Of a stretch of DNA of 64,000 bases, positions 1 through 11,158 are shown one piece after another. A model generated the notes under the pieces. That model had not been told where the DNA came from and made no database searches. It was given only the letters and a program-made list of their open reading frames with translations. Source of the DNA: Eremomyces bilateralis CBS 781.70 (Eukaryota); NCBI GenBank assembly GCA_010015585.1, contig ML975154.1; one strand, 5' to 3'. The position numbers and the translations under genes were made by a program. Positions within the stretch are counted from its first letter, which is position 1; every line of letters begins with the position of its first letter.

Positions 1-2151
1 GTGTAATGCCCACTCCATCCCGCCATTTGCGCCTTTCAGTATCGATGAACAGCCAGCAGCATGCGCCAGAAGCCGTCGCTGCGTAATCCACCACCAATCA
101 CTTAAAGTTCCAGGAACATGTGACCCAATACATTTCAGCGCGAATCTCACCATCTCCTTACTCCCGTCTAGATTTAGAACGTGCCGAGTCCACGAGTATA
201 CACAGCTGTGCATACTGTACCCTTGAGACTCTACCATCTCCTGCGAAGTCGAGTTTGCTTCCACAAGCCCGTAGTTACATAATAGCCGAACTGCGTCGTC
301 GAAATTTACTCGATCTTCGGTAAGCTCGCGAACCCACTCCGGATCACCTAAATCGCCGTGGCAAAGAAGTTCGAACCAGAGGTCTTGATTGTCGAAGTAC
401 GCCCACAGTTGTAGGAGCTGGGCCGAAAGTCGGTTCTGTTTTTGAACATGCTTGAAGGAGATGTCCCATGTGGAGTAGAGTGTTCGATCTTCGTATGAGC
501 TGAGCTCCGGACTTCTCTTTTGTAGTTTTAACCATGATTCCGTATATAGACGAAGATACTCCGCCAAACTGGTCGTCATTTGTTCAAGGTATGCTCCAGC
601 TGTTGCAAGTGCAAGAGGGAGTCCGTCTAACTCGTTCACAAGCTTAACTGCGTCGGGATCTGTCGGTTAAGTTAGAATAATTTCTATAAGTCAAGAAATT
701 TCCTACCTCTTATCAAGCCTTCGCGTTTTGATGTATTCGACAGTATTTCAAGACAATCCTGCATATTCTCTAGCTTTCGGACTGGGATACGATGGCCAAT
801 AGTGACCCGAGACGACCGCGTAGTGATAATAACTGATCCTTGATGTGATTCGGGCAGGTACTTCCGGATATCCAATGCCGCGGCATCCGTGTTACCCGCT
901 ACTTTTGGATTGTCATAGTTGTCATAGACGACCAGCCATCTTGTGTTCTTGGGGAGACTCAACCACCCTTTGACGGCCTCTACCACCTCCCCCAAGCTCC
1001 CTTTCAAATCCACACCACTAAGACGTTGAGCAGACGGATGTTCTTGTAGTATCCTCCTAGCTGCATTGCCAAAGCTCTGCCTTAGAGAATCCTCATCTTT
1101 GGCGTTGAGCCAGAGCACTGCCGAGTAGCTATCTCGATAACGCTTCGTATATTCAACCGTCAGTTGTGTCTTACCGATTCCTCCCAACCCGTGAAGAACA
1201 GTGATGCGACGGCTGCCATCGCTACTGAGTGTTTGTTGTATTTCCTTAAGCTCTGACTTTCGCGCAACAAAGCGCTCCGTCTCCGAGGCATCAGCGAGAC
1301 TAAAGCCGACGGAAAAGTCTTCGAAATGGTCACCTAATCCTGTCAACGCTTTCCTAATCCCTATATTCACTGAAGTAATTAGAAAAGAACTAGGAGGATG
1401 ACCTACCCGTCGATGCTCTTTCAATCTCGAAATGGAGCCGCCGGAGTGCATTGTCTCCCCCTTCGCCATAGATCAGAGGCATATGTGCGCCAAAAATACC
1501 CAGCAATGAGTAGGCCTTGTCTTCCACTTCTGTAGTCTCGCGATCTTCGGCCCACGACAGTCGTTCTGCTACGCCATATTGAGATAGAGCGCCTCCTCGA
1601 AGAGCAGTTGCAGGAATTCCGGTAATTTCGCGAATCTGCCGCTCGAGAAATTTCTTACTTCCTAACAATACTCGGTCTTTAGAGAAAAACTCGACCGACT
1701 CAGGAGCGATCAGCTCCTGAAGCGCCCAGCCTCTCCGGAACCATCGGCTCTTCCGAAAATCCGTCTCCCAACGTTGTGAATGCGGGTTGTTTGCGCCAGA
1801 GGCTGATCCCGAAACATCCGACAGATAGACGTAGCATCGTGTCGCATTATGATACCACCGAAACATAGAGTTGATAGCCTTCGATAGCTCGGTGCTGTTT
1901 GACTTGTCGATGCAGCAAGTATCTACCCAGAAGTACTCCAAGCCATCGCGAGCGGTCTGCTCTCCACAAAATTCAATCTTATTATACCCAACTGTGTGCT
2001 TTCGCATCCCTTTTCTAAATTCTTCGAATGTGACCTCCTCGCCACGGATCCATGTATGCGAGAGGATGGCGTATTTTCGAGGGATATCGTCGTCAACCAG
2101 GTCGTCTGTTAGGCTTAGTTCCCCACTACCACTGCGCTTCAATAGACGCAT
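1..2151 (-). CDS. Fungal NLR-like protein: HET domain + NB-ARC, probably followed by TPR repeats beyond the window; 3' end truncated by the window edge
   Basis: ATG at 2151; exons 2151-1407, 1333-707, 659-<1; introns 1406-1334 and 706-660 (GTAGGT/GTAGGA...AG) keep frame. HET motifs YAILSHTW, WVDTCCIDK, AINSMFRWY, WFRRGWALQELIAP. NB-ARC motifs: Walker A GLGGIGKT, Walker B LVVYDNYD, IITTR, GLPLAL, YSMH. Exon 3 is open to base 1 (...GMEWALH). Confidence 0.9.
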
Positions 2152-2389
2152 GGTTTTTGCTTGAATCGGGAAGTATTCCACTAAATCAGTTTCTCGATAG
2201 ACACAAACATCGTTTCTTGTCAAGAAGCAAATGAAACATGATTGGAACGTGGTTGTAGACTGGGAAATTTCTGGTTCACGTGATGCAATTTGTATCCATA
2301 CACCAGTTTGGAAAACATTTAGGTACCGGCAGGAACAATTGTCGCACGTGATGTGCTAAAATAGTTGGGACTTGGGAGTGAGGTGCTGT

Positions 2390-2552
2390 TGTTACAGCAG
2401 CGAAGTTGTTGTATTGTGTAAGTTGTGTGTAAGTTGTGTGTTCTAGCTGAATGCCTGGTCCCCCGGCCCTACAGATATACGAGAGTCACGGCAAGATTAT
2501 TAATGCAGTTTGTAGCCTTGGACTCCTAGAGCTCATGCCTTGGCCTGCGACA
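2390..2552 (-). mobile_element. Possible degenerate solo LTR / MITE-like relic (~163 bp)
   Basis: On the minus strand it reads TGTCGCAG...CTGTAACA (imperfect terminal inverted repeat, mismatches are transitions), with an internal TATAT and a CACACAACTTA tandem. No target-site duplication found. Confidence 0.25.
2403..2441. repeat. Short imperfect tandem repeat, unit ~AAGTTGTGTGT
   Basis: aagttgttgtattgtgtaagttgtgtgtaagttgtgtgt is read directly from the sequence. Confidence 0.6.
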
Positions 2553-3976
2553 ACAATACTGCGGAGTACCGATCACTAAGAATCGATACATATAGTTTAC
2601 GCCAAGATCTGCAAGGAGGTTGTACTCTGAAAGTTCCTGGAGCTCAGGAGCTGCCAAAACCGGAAGCTAATTTCGCGTAGCTATCTGTAATTAGTGCATA
2701 TTTAGTCACACTTCTGAGTCTGGCTCCTCCCTTGTTCCCAAGACTGATATACACTAGACCTGCCAGAATGTGGTACAATAATACCTCACCCTGGCTTTGA
2801 TCGGCTCATTGTCTAGCTCGCCAGCATTGGTTAGCAAGCGGATATTATTAGTAGAAGTCCATTGTTCAGCAAGAGCGCCTTTTTCAGGAAGAAATGGAAA
2901 ATGTCTTTGTCCATACCTGCCGCTCTATCAATATAAATAGATGGAGTTCAGCACATATCCAAGCTCTTATTTTCTACTCATCAGATCACAAACACTCTAC
3001 TTCTCTAATCCAACACTCAAACCCGGCACAGACCAATTCGAAACATAGGAATAAAGAATTAGTCCGCTCTCGGTATCTATCATGAATCCTCTCTAGGCTA
3101 TCTAAACTTCGATAAAGAAGCTGGAGGCAACAACATCTGCAATAAACGAAGAGCTGACTTGCGCCGAGAAGCGACAGCATCCCCAAGGAAGTTAAGACTT
3201 CAGCTCTGGTCATCCCGCATCCACATACTCATTCCGTCTTGGTATCAACTCGTAATCCCGCTCAGGAGTCGTTTAGGCTAGTTGGCCCTAAATCCGCAAA
3301 AGACATGTATCTGACGGTTCATGGATTGAAGCACAGGGGAAAGCCGGATGTCACGGCGAACATCCCGAGCGCGGAATATCGCACGTTGGAGTGCGTCGGC
3401 GTCTACAACCTTGCTCCGGGCAAGTAGGACATGGTATTCTGGCATGAGTGTCGGAAGTACCAAATACCAAGAACTCTTGGTGAGACGAGAGACATGGCTA
3501 GAGCGCACAAATTCCATACAGCGTGAAGCCTTTTGATGAATTGACCAGTGGACGGTACGATAGGAATAGAAACTGAAAAAGGTCGCAAGATTATAACAAA
3601 GAAGCCATCTGAAATGCAGGTGAATATATGACTAAGCACAATGGCATATGTGGCACATCGCGCCCGCCTTCCCTATGTTTCATGTTTCATCCCAGTGTCA
3701 ACAACCAAAACATCCCCCCAACATTCTCTCCAGGGTTGTTGTATTGCGCTTCTCCCAAAACATCCGACACTCCCTTTTTCTTGCAAATCCCCTTCTTGAA
3801 GCCCTCTTTTGATATTCCCCTTTCTTCAGTGATTGCTCTTTGTTACCGCTTGTGTACCCTGATCTGCTGCATCTGCTGTGATACAGCACCCCGCACTCAC
3901 TACCAACTGAGTATAAACAAAACACCTCCCCGGGCAACAAGCTCCCATCCTGTCCCAACTTGATTTATACGGAACC

Positions 3977-5748
3977 ATGTCGCTGTCCCAGTTGTACAAA
4001 CAGTTTCTGGCGTCGCCGAACGCTTCGTTCCTGGCCGATGATGCGTCGTTGTGCTACGTGCCAACGCTGGTCACCATAAACAATGCCACCGCTGTGATCA
4101 AGCACTACACTTCGCAAGCAAAGCAGCTCTCCAAGAAGGCAGAGAAGTTCGTCTCGGTCGTCGAGGGAAGCAATGCCCTGAGCATCGACGTCGAGACCAC
4201 GATTGAGTTCCAGACAGGAGGAGGTGCCTACCTCCCGGGGCTCGATGACAATTTCCTTACCGAGAAAGTCGTGGTTCTGCCATCGGTAGGTTCATTGATT
4301 CGCATTCTTTCGACAAATTCCAATTTTCTGACATCGTTACCCCACAGATCCACATTGTCCACTTCGACGAGCAGCAGAAGATACGCCAAATCAGGAAATA
4401 CTGGGACCAAGGCTCGCTTCTCAAGTCCATCGAAGTCATCGGCGCCCGCGCCCGAAATTGGCCTCTTCGAGATGGTAAAGATCAAGTCCGCCTGATCAGC
4501 ACCTACGCTGCTGCCTTGACCGGTGGTCCCGGCCCGTCTGCGCCTCCCACTGCGTCCCGACGCACCACCGCGTCTCGCGATTCCGATCACAGGCCCCTGA
4601 AATCCCGTTCTCATGCCGGCAGCACGACTAGCGCGACCAACGATCCGCATGCAACTCTGTCGTTGTTCGGTCCGCGCAGTGTAGATGAAGATGAGCGGTC
4701 TTTCGGTCCAGGGCCCACTCCCCGCGCGTCTGCCCGCCCTCCCACTCGGGATCTGGAAGCCATACTAGGCGGCAGCGAAGACCCTCCCGCGCAATCGTCC
4801 CCTGGCGCATCAGTCCGAAGCCCGTCTCCGCACAAGAGGATGGGTATTGCCCCTAAATCCGGCGCAGGCAAGAACTTCCAGCCGACCCGGCTATTCGAAG
4901 AGGAGGAGGCCCCGATAGAGAAGGGCATCAAGACCAATGCCAAGAAATACAACCACTTCGAATTCGGAGAAGGCGAGGAGGTGCACGTAAACCAGGCCGA
5001 GCGAGATGCCAAGCATAAGGCCAAGCACGGCAGCCAGTGGGGTTTCGAGGACTTCGCGACGCCGCAGGCCCCCAAGACCAGGGTGCGTCCCAACGAGGAG
5101 CGCCACTTCGGCTGGAGCGACGACGAAGAAAAGTCGCCCGTCCGCCGCCCGATCGTCCATCGCGCCCGACCCGATGCCGAAACGCACTTCGAGTTCGTCG
5201 ACGACGGCACCCCAGGCGCCGAACGACGCATCATCGGCGGCGCCAAGGGCCGTACGGCCAACAATGGTCAGGGACTCTACAAGGACCAGATCCTTGGCGA
5301 CGACAGCGACACGCCCGTCAAGAACGCGGGTGCCGGCGCCAAGAAAGGCCCGCTCACGTCCATCACGACGAACCCCAACAACGTGGCGCGCACCAAGGAC
5401 TTCGGCGCGCACTGGGACATGACGGACGAGAGCCCGGAGGTGACGCATACGGGGGAGAACGTCGGCCCGACGGCGCGGAAGAATGTGTCGGAAGACAGGA
5501 AGAAGGTCATCAAGGGCCTCGACGCCACCTGGGAGATGACCGACCAGTCTCCCGAGCCGACCCGGCAGATCTACAAGACCGGGGGCGACGGGATGGGTGG
5601 GAAGAAGGGAGGACGGAGCTGGGGCATCGGTGATGAGAGCGAAGGGGAGGCTGAGAATGTGAGGGCGGGAGAAAGAAAGGGGAGAGGGGGGAGGGGAAGA
5701 GCAGCGGCTCCGGGGGAGCAGTCGACGAAGGACTTCTGGGAGTTCTGA
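3977..5748 (+). CDS. Conserved fungal protein with N-terminal NTF2-like fold and long disordered C-terminus
   Basis: Exons 3977-4285 and 4348-5748; intron 4286-4347 (GTAGGT...CTGAC...CAG) joins the two ORF-track segments in frame. Motifs GGGAYLPGLDDNFL and IHIVHFD...QIRKYWDQGSLLK. Confidence 0.8.
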
Positions 5749-6035
5749 AGTGAGTCGGTAGGGGAGGGAAATTGTTCTCTATGGGTTTCAAAGCGTATCG
5801 ATGAAGCATTATGATGTATGATGACGGATCGACAGATTGACGACGCGCTTTGAAGCTGTTCCTTTTGTGTCTGATATCCAAGTTGGTAGTCTAGCGGATT
5901 CTCAGCTTTAATACTATAAGATACTTCGATTCTGGGATGGTGTCTTGCTGACAGGGGTATCATGCTTTTGCCGTTTCCAATGCCATATTCGTCTTCGTCC
6001 CTCCGGTTTCGATCTTCGAGGTTAATATGGTATAC

Positions 6036-7598
6036 TCAATACTCCTCCACCCCCTCCATCTCCCACAACTTCACCGTCCGGTCATACCCACAGCTCGTAA
6101 TCCACCTCCCATCCGTACTAACATCCACCCCCAACACATTCCCCGCATGTCCACTCAACGTCCTCCCCAACGCCCAATCATCCGCCGAAAAAACCTTCAC
6201 ATTCCGATCGAAACCGCAACTCACGAAGAACGACCCCGCCTTCTTCGGCCGCGGTTCCTCGCCCCCCTTCTCCCCCACCCCCATCGTCAACGGCACCCCG
6301 CTCGCCGGCCCGTCCGTCCCCTTGAACACTTTTAGATCTGTCACGCCCCCCGTGTGTGCCCCGATCGCCCCCACCTCCCGCACCGCCCGCAGATCCCAGC
6401 ACTTCACGAATCCGTCCGCGCTCCCGCTCAGCACGCGGTGTGCGTCCACAGCCCAGTCGAGCGCGTACACCGGCTGGATATGTCCATCCAACAACATAAC
6501 TGTCCGCCCTGTGCGGAGATCCCAGATGCGGCCGATCGAATCCAGCCCGCCGCTCGCGAGCAGGGATCCGTCGCTGTTGAACGCGACTGTGTACACCTCT
6601 CGTGAATGTCCTTCTTGCAGCTGTAGTTCTTGCGTCGTCGTCACGTCCCACAGCCGCCAGGTGGTGTCGTAGCTGGCGGATGCGAGGAAGCGCGAGGACG
6701 GGTGGAACTCCACACGGCAGACGCGCGCGGAGTGGCCGGAGAGCGTGCCGATGGGGGTGTCTGACGCGAGGGACCAGAGGTGGATGTTCGCGTCACCAGC
6801 GCCGGACGCGAGGGTGAGAGTGTCAAGGGAGGTGTCCGGGTCGGGGTCGGGGACGTTCGGGTTCCACGCGATGCCGCCGATGCGATCCGTATGGCCGCGC
6901 AGCACTTTTTTTTCCGACAATGTGTCCCGGTCGAGCACCTTGACGCTGCCGCCCCAGCTCCCAATCGCAATGAGCCGATCGTTTGGCGCGAACTTCGTCA
7001 CGGCGATCGGCCGGTCCCCGCCGATCTGGCTCCCCACCAGCTCGAACCGCGCCAACTTCTCCTTCAGCTCCCGCCGGTGCCGCACGTGCGTTCGTACCGC
7101 TATCCCCGCCTCCACCTTCTGAAACCCCACCCGCCGCGCCGCGCGCGGCAGCGAATATCGCGCGATCTCCCGCCGCACCTTCTGCAGCTCCTCGCTCCCC
7201 TCGGTGTAGAACTCTTCCTCCTGCTCCTCTTCTTCCAGCGCCTCCTCCCCCACTAACCCATCCCCCGCTTCCCCCATCACCACATCCCCCTCCTCCCCTA
7301 ACTCCGCCTCCACCAATAACTCCCTTAGCCGCTCCCGCCGATCTGCCAGCCCCTCGCCGAACAGCGTAATCGGCTCCCCGAGCTCGCGCAGGCGTAGTCG
7401 CACGCGCTTGTCATCGGTCGGGACTACGAGCCGCGCGGCAAGGCGCTTGCGGTTGAATTGCTCGAGGAGCGCGGAGGTTTGCACGGTGCCGCCGGCGGTG
7501 CTGATGTTGTAGTCGCGGTCGGTGGGGATTTCGGATAGAGAAAGGCCGGGGGGGGAGGGGGGGTCATCTTCGACGAAGGCTTGGCGAGAGGGATGCAT
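6036..7598 (-). CDS. PRP4: U4/U6 snRNP WD40 protein Prp4
   Basis: Start MHPSRQAFVEDD at 7598. PRP4/SFM motif VPTDDKRVRLRLRELGEPITLFGE; WD40 repeats (GHSARVCRVEFHPSSRFLASASYDTTWRLWD, LQEGHSREVY). Single ORF. Confidence 0.95.
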   Translation of the reverse strand: MHPSRQAFVEDDPPSPPGLSLSEIPTDRDYNISTAGGTVQTSALLEQFNRKRLAARLVVPTDDKRVRLRLRELGEPITLFGEGLADRRERLRELLVEAELGEEGDVVMGEAGDGLVGEEALEEEEQEEEFYTEGSEELQKVRREIARYSLPRAARRVGFQKVEAGIAVRTHVRHRRELKEKLARFELVGSQIGGDRPIAVTKFAPNDRLIAIGSWGGSVKVLDRDTLSEKKVLRGHTDRIGGIAWNPNVPDPDPDTSLDTLTLASGAGDANIHLWSLASDTPIGTLSGHSARVCRVEFHPSSRFLASASYDTTWRLWDVTTTQELQLQEGHSREVYTVAFNSDGSLLASGGLDSIGRIWDLRTGRTVMLLDGHIQPVYALDWAVDAHRVLSGSADGFVKCWDLRAVREVGAIGAHTGGVTDLKVFKGTDGPASGVPLTMGVGEKGGEEPRPKKAGSFFVSCGFDRNVKVFSADDWALGRTLSGHAGNVLGVDVSTDGRWITSCGYDRTVKLWEMEGVEEY

Positions 7599-9337
7599 GG
7601 TGGGTGGGTTGTTGTGAGGGTGGGAGTAGATGAGAGGACGAGTGGTAGAGAAATGGGTGGGGTGGAGTTTAGAGTTTAGACCTTCATTTGAGGTAGAGAA
7701 CGTTGGTTTGAGTCTTGAGGGGGTTGGAGTCAAGCGATTTCTAGGTTTCTGGGGGTTTAAGAGGTATTGGTGTAATTATGGGAAGCTGAATGGATGTGAA
7801 TAAGTATTTCCGGATTGTCCATCTGAACTGAACTGAAGAAGTTGGGAACTTTGATGCCAAGAGATATTGTGGCTGACTGTGGCTGATCCCTGTCCTTCCC
7901 GTCCCCCAGCCTCCGTTGATGATTGATCACTGTGGGATCGAAGTTCATACCCAGTCATTCACTCATGTGGCTCAACAGTCATGAGTCAACACAGATCATG
8001 GGAAAGCAAGTATATTATGATAGACATTACATCTAGGTGCTGTGTATATTCGAGTATTTGAACCCATCCTACTCTGCCATTGGAAATATATACAAGCGGT
8101 TGCCAAATACCTACTCATCACGCTCTCCATGACTACCCATCCTAGGCACCCTCGGGGAAGTCCAATTCCCGAACAAGACGATAATCCCAACTCCCAAGCG
8201 TTATCCCATTCCATTTTACGATTTCGATCTCCCTCTCCAGGGAGAAGATAGATTCATACCTGCCAATCATCCCTTCTCCTCCAAGAAAGAATACAGGCGA
8301 CAAAGCCTCGGAACTGATAATTTCCGTTCCGTTCATCAAGTATTAGTGGCAGTATGGTCAGTTTCTGCTATGAGACGCCCTCCTGTACGCGGGATGACTG
8401 GCATTGTTCGAAAAGGCTGGCACCAAGCGGAGACACCTACCAGATTGAAAGCGCGCCATCGCGAGGAATTTAATCCTTCGCAATGGTTTAGAGCCTTAAT
8501 TCGAGGATTGAACTGCATATTAACGGAGTCTAGAACGACACATACCACCTCCATCAATGTGCCATTGGCGATGCAGAGTGCAAGCCGCAAGCCAATGGAT
8601 GAGATGCCCTTGTCGCCTGTCGGGAGGGCGGCACTAGGTTCCGCATGTATGGGACAGCCCGGACAACCGTCCCTGAGAATCAAAAATCTCACCTGATGAA
8701 TTGGACGGATTGGGAGTTTCTTTCAAGGGTTGACTGTCAATCGGGACTCAATCCGTTCGATATATCCCGAGCTCTTAAAGGGAGACATCCGCTATTAACT
8801 TGTCTCTTCAATCAGGTATATCCCTCCGTGACCCTCGGAATCCAGACGCGATTTTGCCATTTTCACAACTTTGTGACGTGGTAGAAGTATGTCTAAAGAG
8901 GATGGGCTCTTGCCCTCCCACATGGCCCTGACCGTGGATTAATGTCAGGATTCTTCGAAGAGCTGTTTCAGTTCCCAAACAAAAAAACATGAAGCAGGAG
9001 AGCTCTCCTTCGCTTTCATCCAGAGATTCAATTTCAGGCATCAAGGCATCAAGGCGTCATATTCGTCGGCCGGGGAACAATATGTCACATGACATTAATG
9101 TCTTCAGCTGCACCGCCACAACGCCACACATGCAGTGGAGTTCAACGGTTATTATCGCATCGCATTTTCACAAATAATCAAAGTTTCTGGTTTGCCTCGT
9201 TGCTCTCTTATCCTTTATTATTATTCTTTCCGCTTCCCTAGTCTTCTCTTCCACTTCTTCATCCTGTCTGATTATGTTCCTAGAAATGTTATGATGTGGT
9301 TGGCCTTCTCCTCCACATCCACCACTTCTCCGCCGCG

Positions 9338-10706
9338 ATGAGCCATGAATGGCTGGGAGCCGCCCGGTATCTCCTTTCCACATACCTAACTTCCTCCCCC
9401 TCAGGCGTCCTCCGTAATAAACCGTATCGTGTCCTCCTCCGACATATCCTCCGAACCCCTCAACGCCGTTTCATCCAATCCTCCGTTCCCACTCGCCCTC
9501 TCGCCGCCACCCCTCCGCTCCCCTACTCCGCCATCCTCCGCCGACGACCACACCACCCTCTCCTCCCATACCCCCTTCGCTCCCCTCAACGCCGCTTCCT
9601 CCAATCCGCCACCACCCCTGTCCGCCCTCTCACGAATCCTCCCCCCCTCTCCTTCTGCATCGCCGCCTCCTACTCCGCTAAAAACCACCCCTTCGACCCC
9701 CACCGCGACCTCTTCAAATACGACCCCTCCGTCCGCTCCAAACTCAGCACCCTGCGCCCGAGACCTGGAATTCGCCCACAGAGCGGCCAGGACTCGTTTT
9801 TCGTGAGCGATGTCGGGGAGACCGGGACGGTAGCATTCGGCGTCGTGGATGGGGTCGGAGGATGGGAGTCTTCGGGCGTCGACCCGGCGCACTTCGCGCA
9901 TGGGCTATGCGACCATATGGCGATGGGCGCGGCGAGGTATCCGGCGGAGTTTCGCGCCGGTCCGCTGAGGCCGCGGGAGTTGCTGCAGTATGGGTACGAC
10001 CAGGTGATGTCGACGGACGAGATAGTCGCGGGTGGGAGTACGGCGTGTGTCGCGTCGATTGAACCCAATGGACGGTTGAATGTAGCCAAGTAAGTCTCAA
10101 CTCCTCCTTTTTCCCAGGTAGCAGCCGACTAACCGTCTTGACAGTCTTGGCGACTCCGGCTTCATCCACCTCGGCCCCAACCACGTCCGCCACTTCTCCA
10201 AGCCCCAAACCCACGCCTTCAACACTCCCTACCAACTCTCCAAAATCCCCCCCTTCATGCAACTCCAAATGCGCCTCTTCGGCCCAGCCGAAGCCCACGC
10301 CGAAACCCCCGCTGACGCCCACCTCTCCCACCACCAACTCCACCCGGGCGACGTCCTCATCTTCGCCACCGACGGCGTCTGGGATAACCTCAGCCCTGAG
10401 GACACGCTGAAGTTGGTCGGGCGGACAATGCAGGCGAACGGGGCGTGGGTGGTCGGCGAGGAGGGGGTGACGATTGGAAACCTGCGCGGCGGACAGGGGA
10501 CGAAAGATGGGGGAGGAGAGTGTCAGTTGTGCAGCGCGTTGGCGGTGGCAGTAACGCGGGAGGCGAAGGAGGCGAGTCTGAACGGGATGCGGGAGGGGCC
10601 GTTTGCGCGGGAGGTGCGGAGGCATTTTCCGGGGGAGCAGTGGATGGGGGGGAAGCCGGATGATATTTGTACGGTGGTGGCGGTGGTGCGGGAGATGGGG
10701 GGTTAG
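9338..10706 (+). CDS. PTC7: PP2C-family phosphatase, Ptc7/Azr1 type, likely mitochondrial
   Basis: Exons 9338-10089 and 10145-10706; intron 10090-10144 (GTAAGT...CTAAC...CAG). Motifs GQDSFF, DGVGGW, GGSTAC, ANLGDSGF, ATDGVWDNL, GGKPDDI. Arg-rich, acid-poor N-terminus. Confidence 0.9.
9456..9660 (+). repeat. Imperfect 126-nt (42-aa) tandem duplication in the PTC7 N-terminal region
   Basis: cccctcaacgccgtttcatccaatcc at 9456 vs cccctcaacgccgcttcctccaatcc at 9582 (PQRRFIQS...RPL vs PQRRFLQS...RPL). Confidence 0.75.
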
Positions 10707-11158
10707 ATTTGGTAGAATTGCGTGACTCGCGTCATTGCGCTGGAGTTTGGGGTTGGGTTGAATTCAGCGGTTAGAGTGGATTGGCTGGGTTGGGATATCA
10801 GGGCAACCTACCCAGAGAGCGGAGTAATACTTGATACCGTAGGAATCGGGATATGGACGCAAGGTCCGTACACGGATTGTTGTGGCGCTCTGGTTGATTC
10901 GGGTTTTTGGGTGATCTGAGTGCTCGAACTACTTAGGGTGATAGCCGCAAGACAGCGAATTGAATCACAAGCAACAGTCCACGGCTAGGCCAATCCACAG
11001 TTGAAATGCAGCGAATATTCCGACTAACGTCAGTAATGTACAGTAGCATTATCATCCTCGAAAACAGAGGGCTAATTGCCGATTCCGCTCAAAATAGATA
11101 CTCAAGTAAACCATACGCCATCTTCATATCGAGCATCATCATCCATGGTCATCACTCT

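Noticed and set aside
2930..3540. TATA-like motif and short plus-strand frames (...LKHRGKPDVTANIPSAEYRTLECVGVYNLAPGK*DMVFWHECR...)
   Set aside because: Could be a gene relic, but there is no coherent start, splice model or recognisable family.
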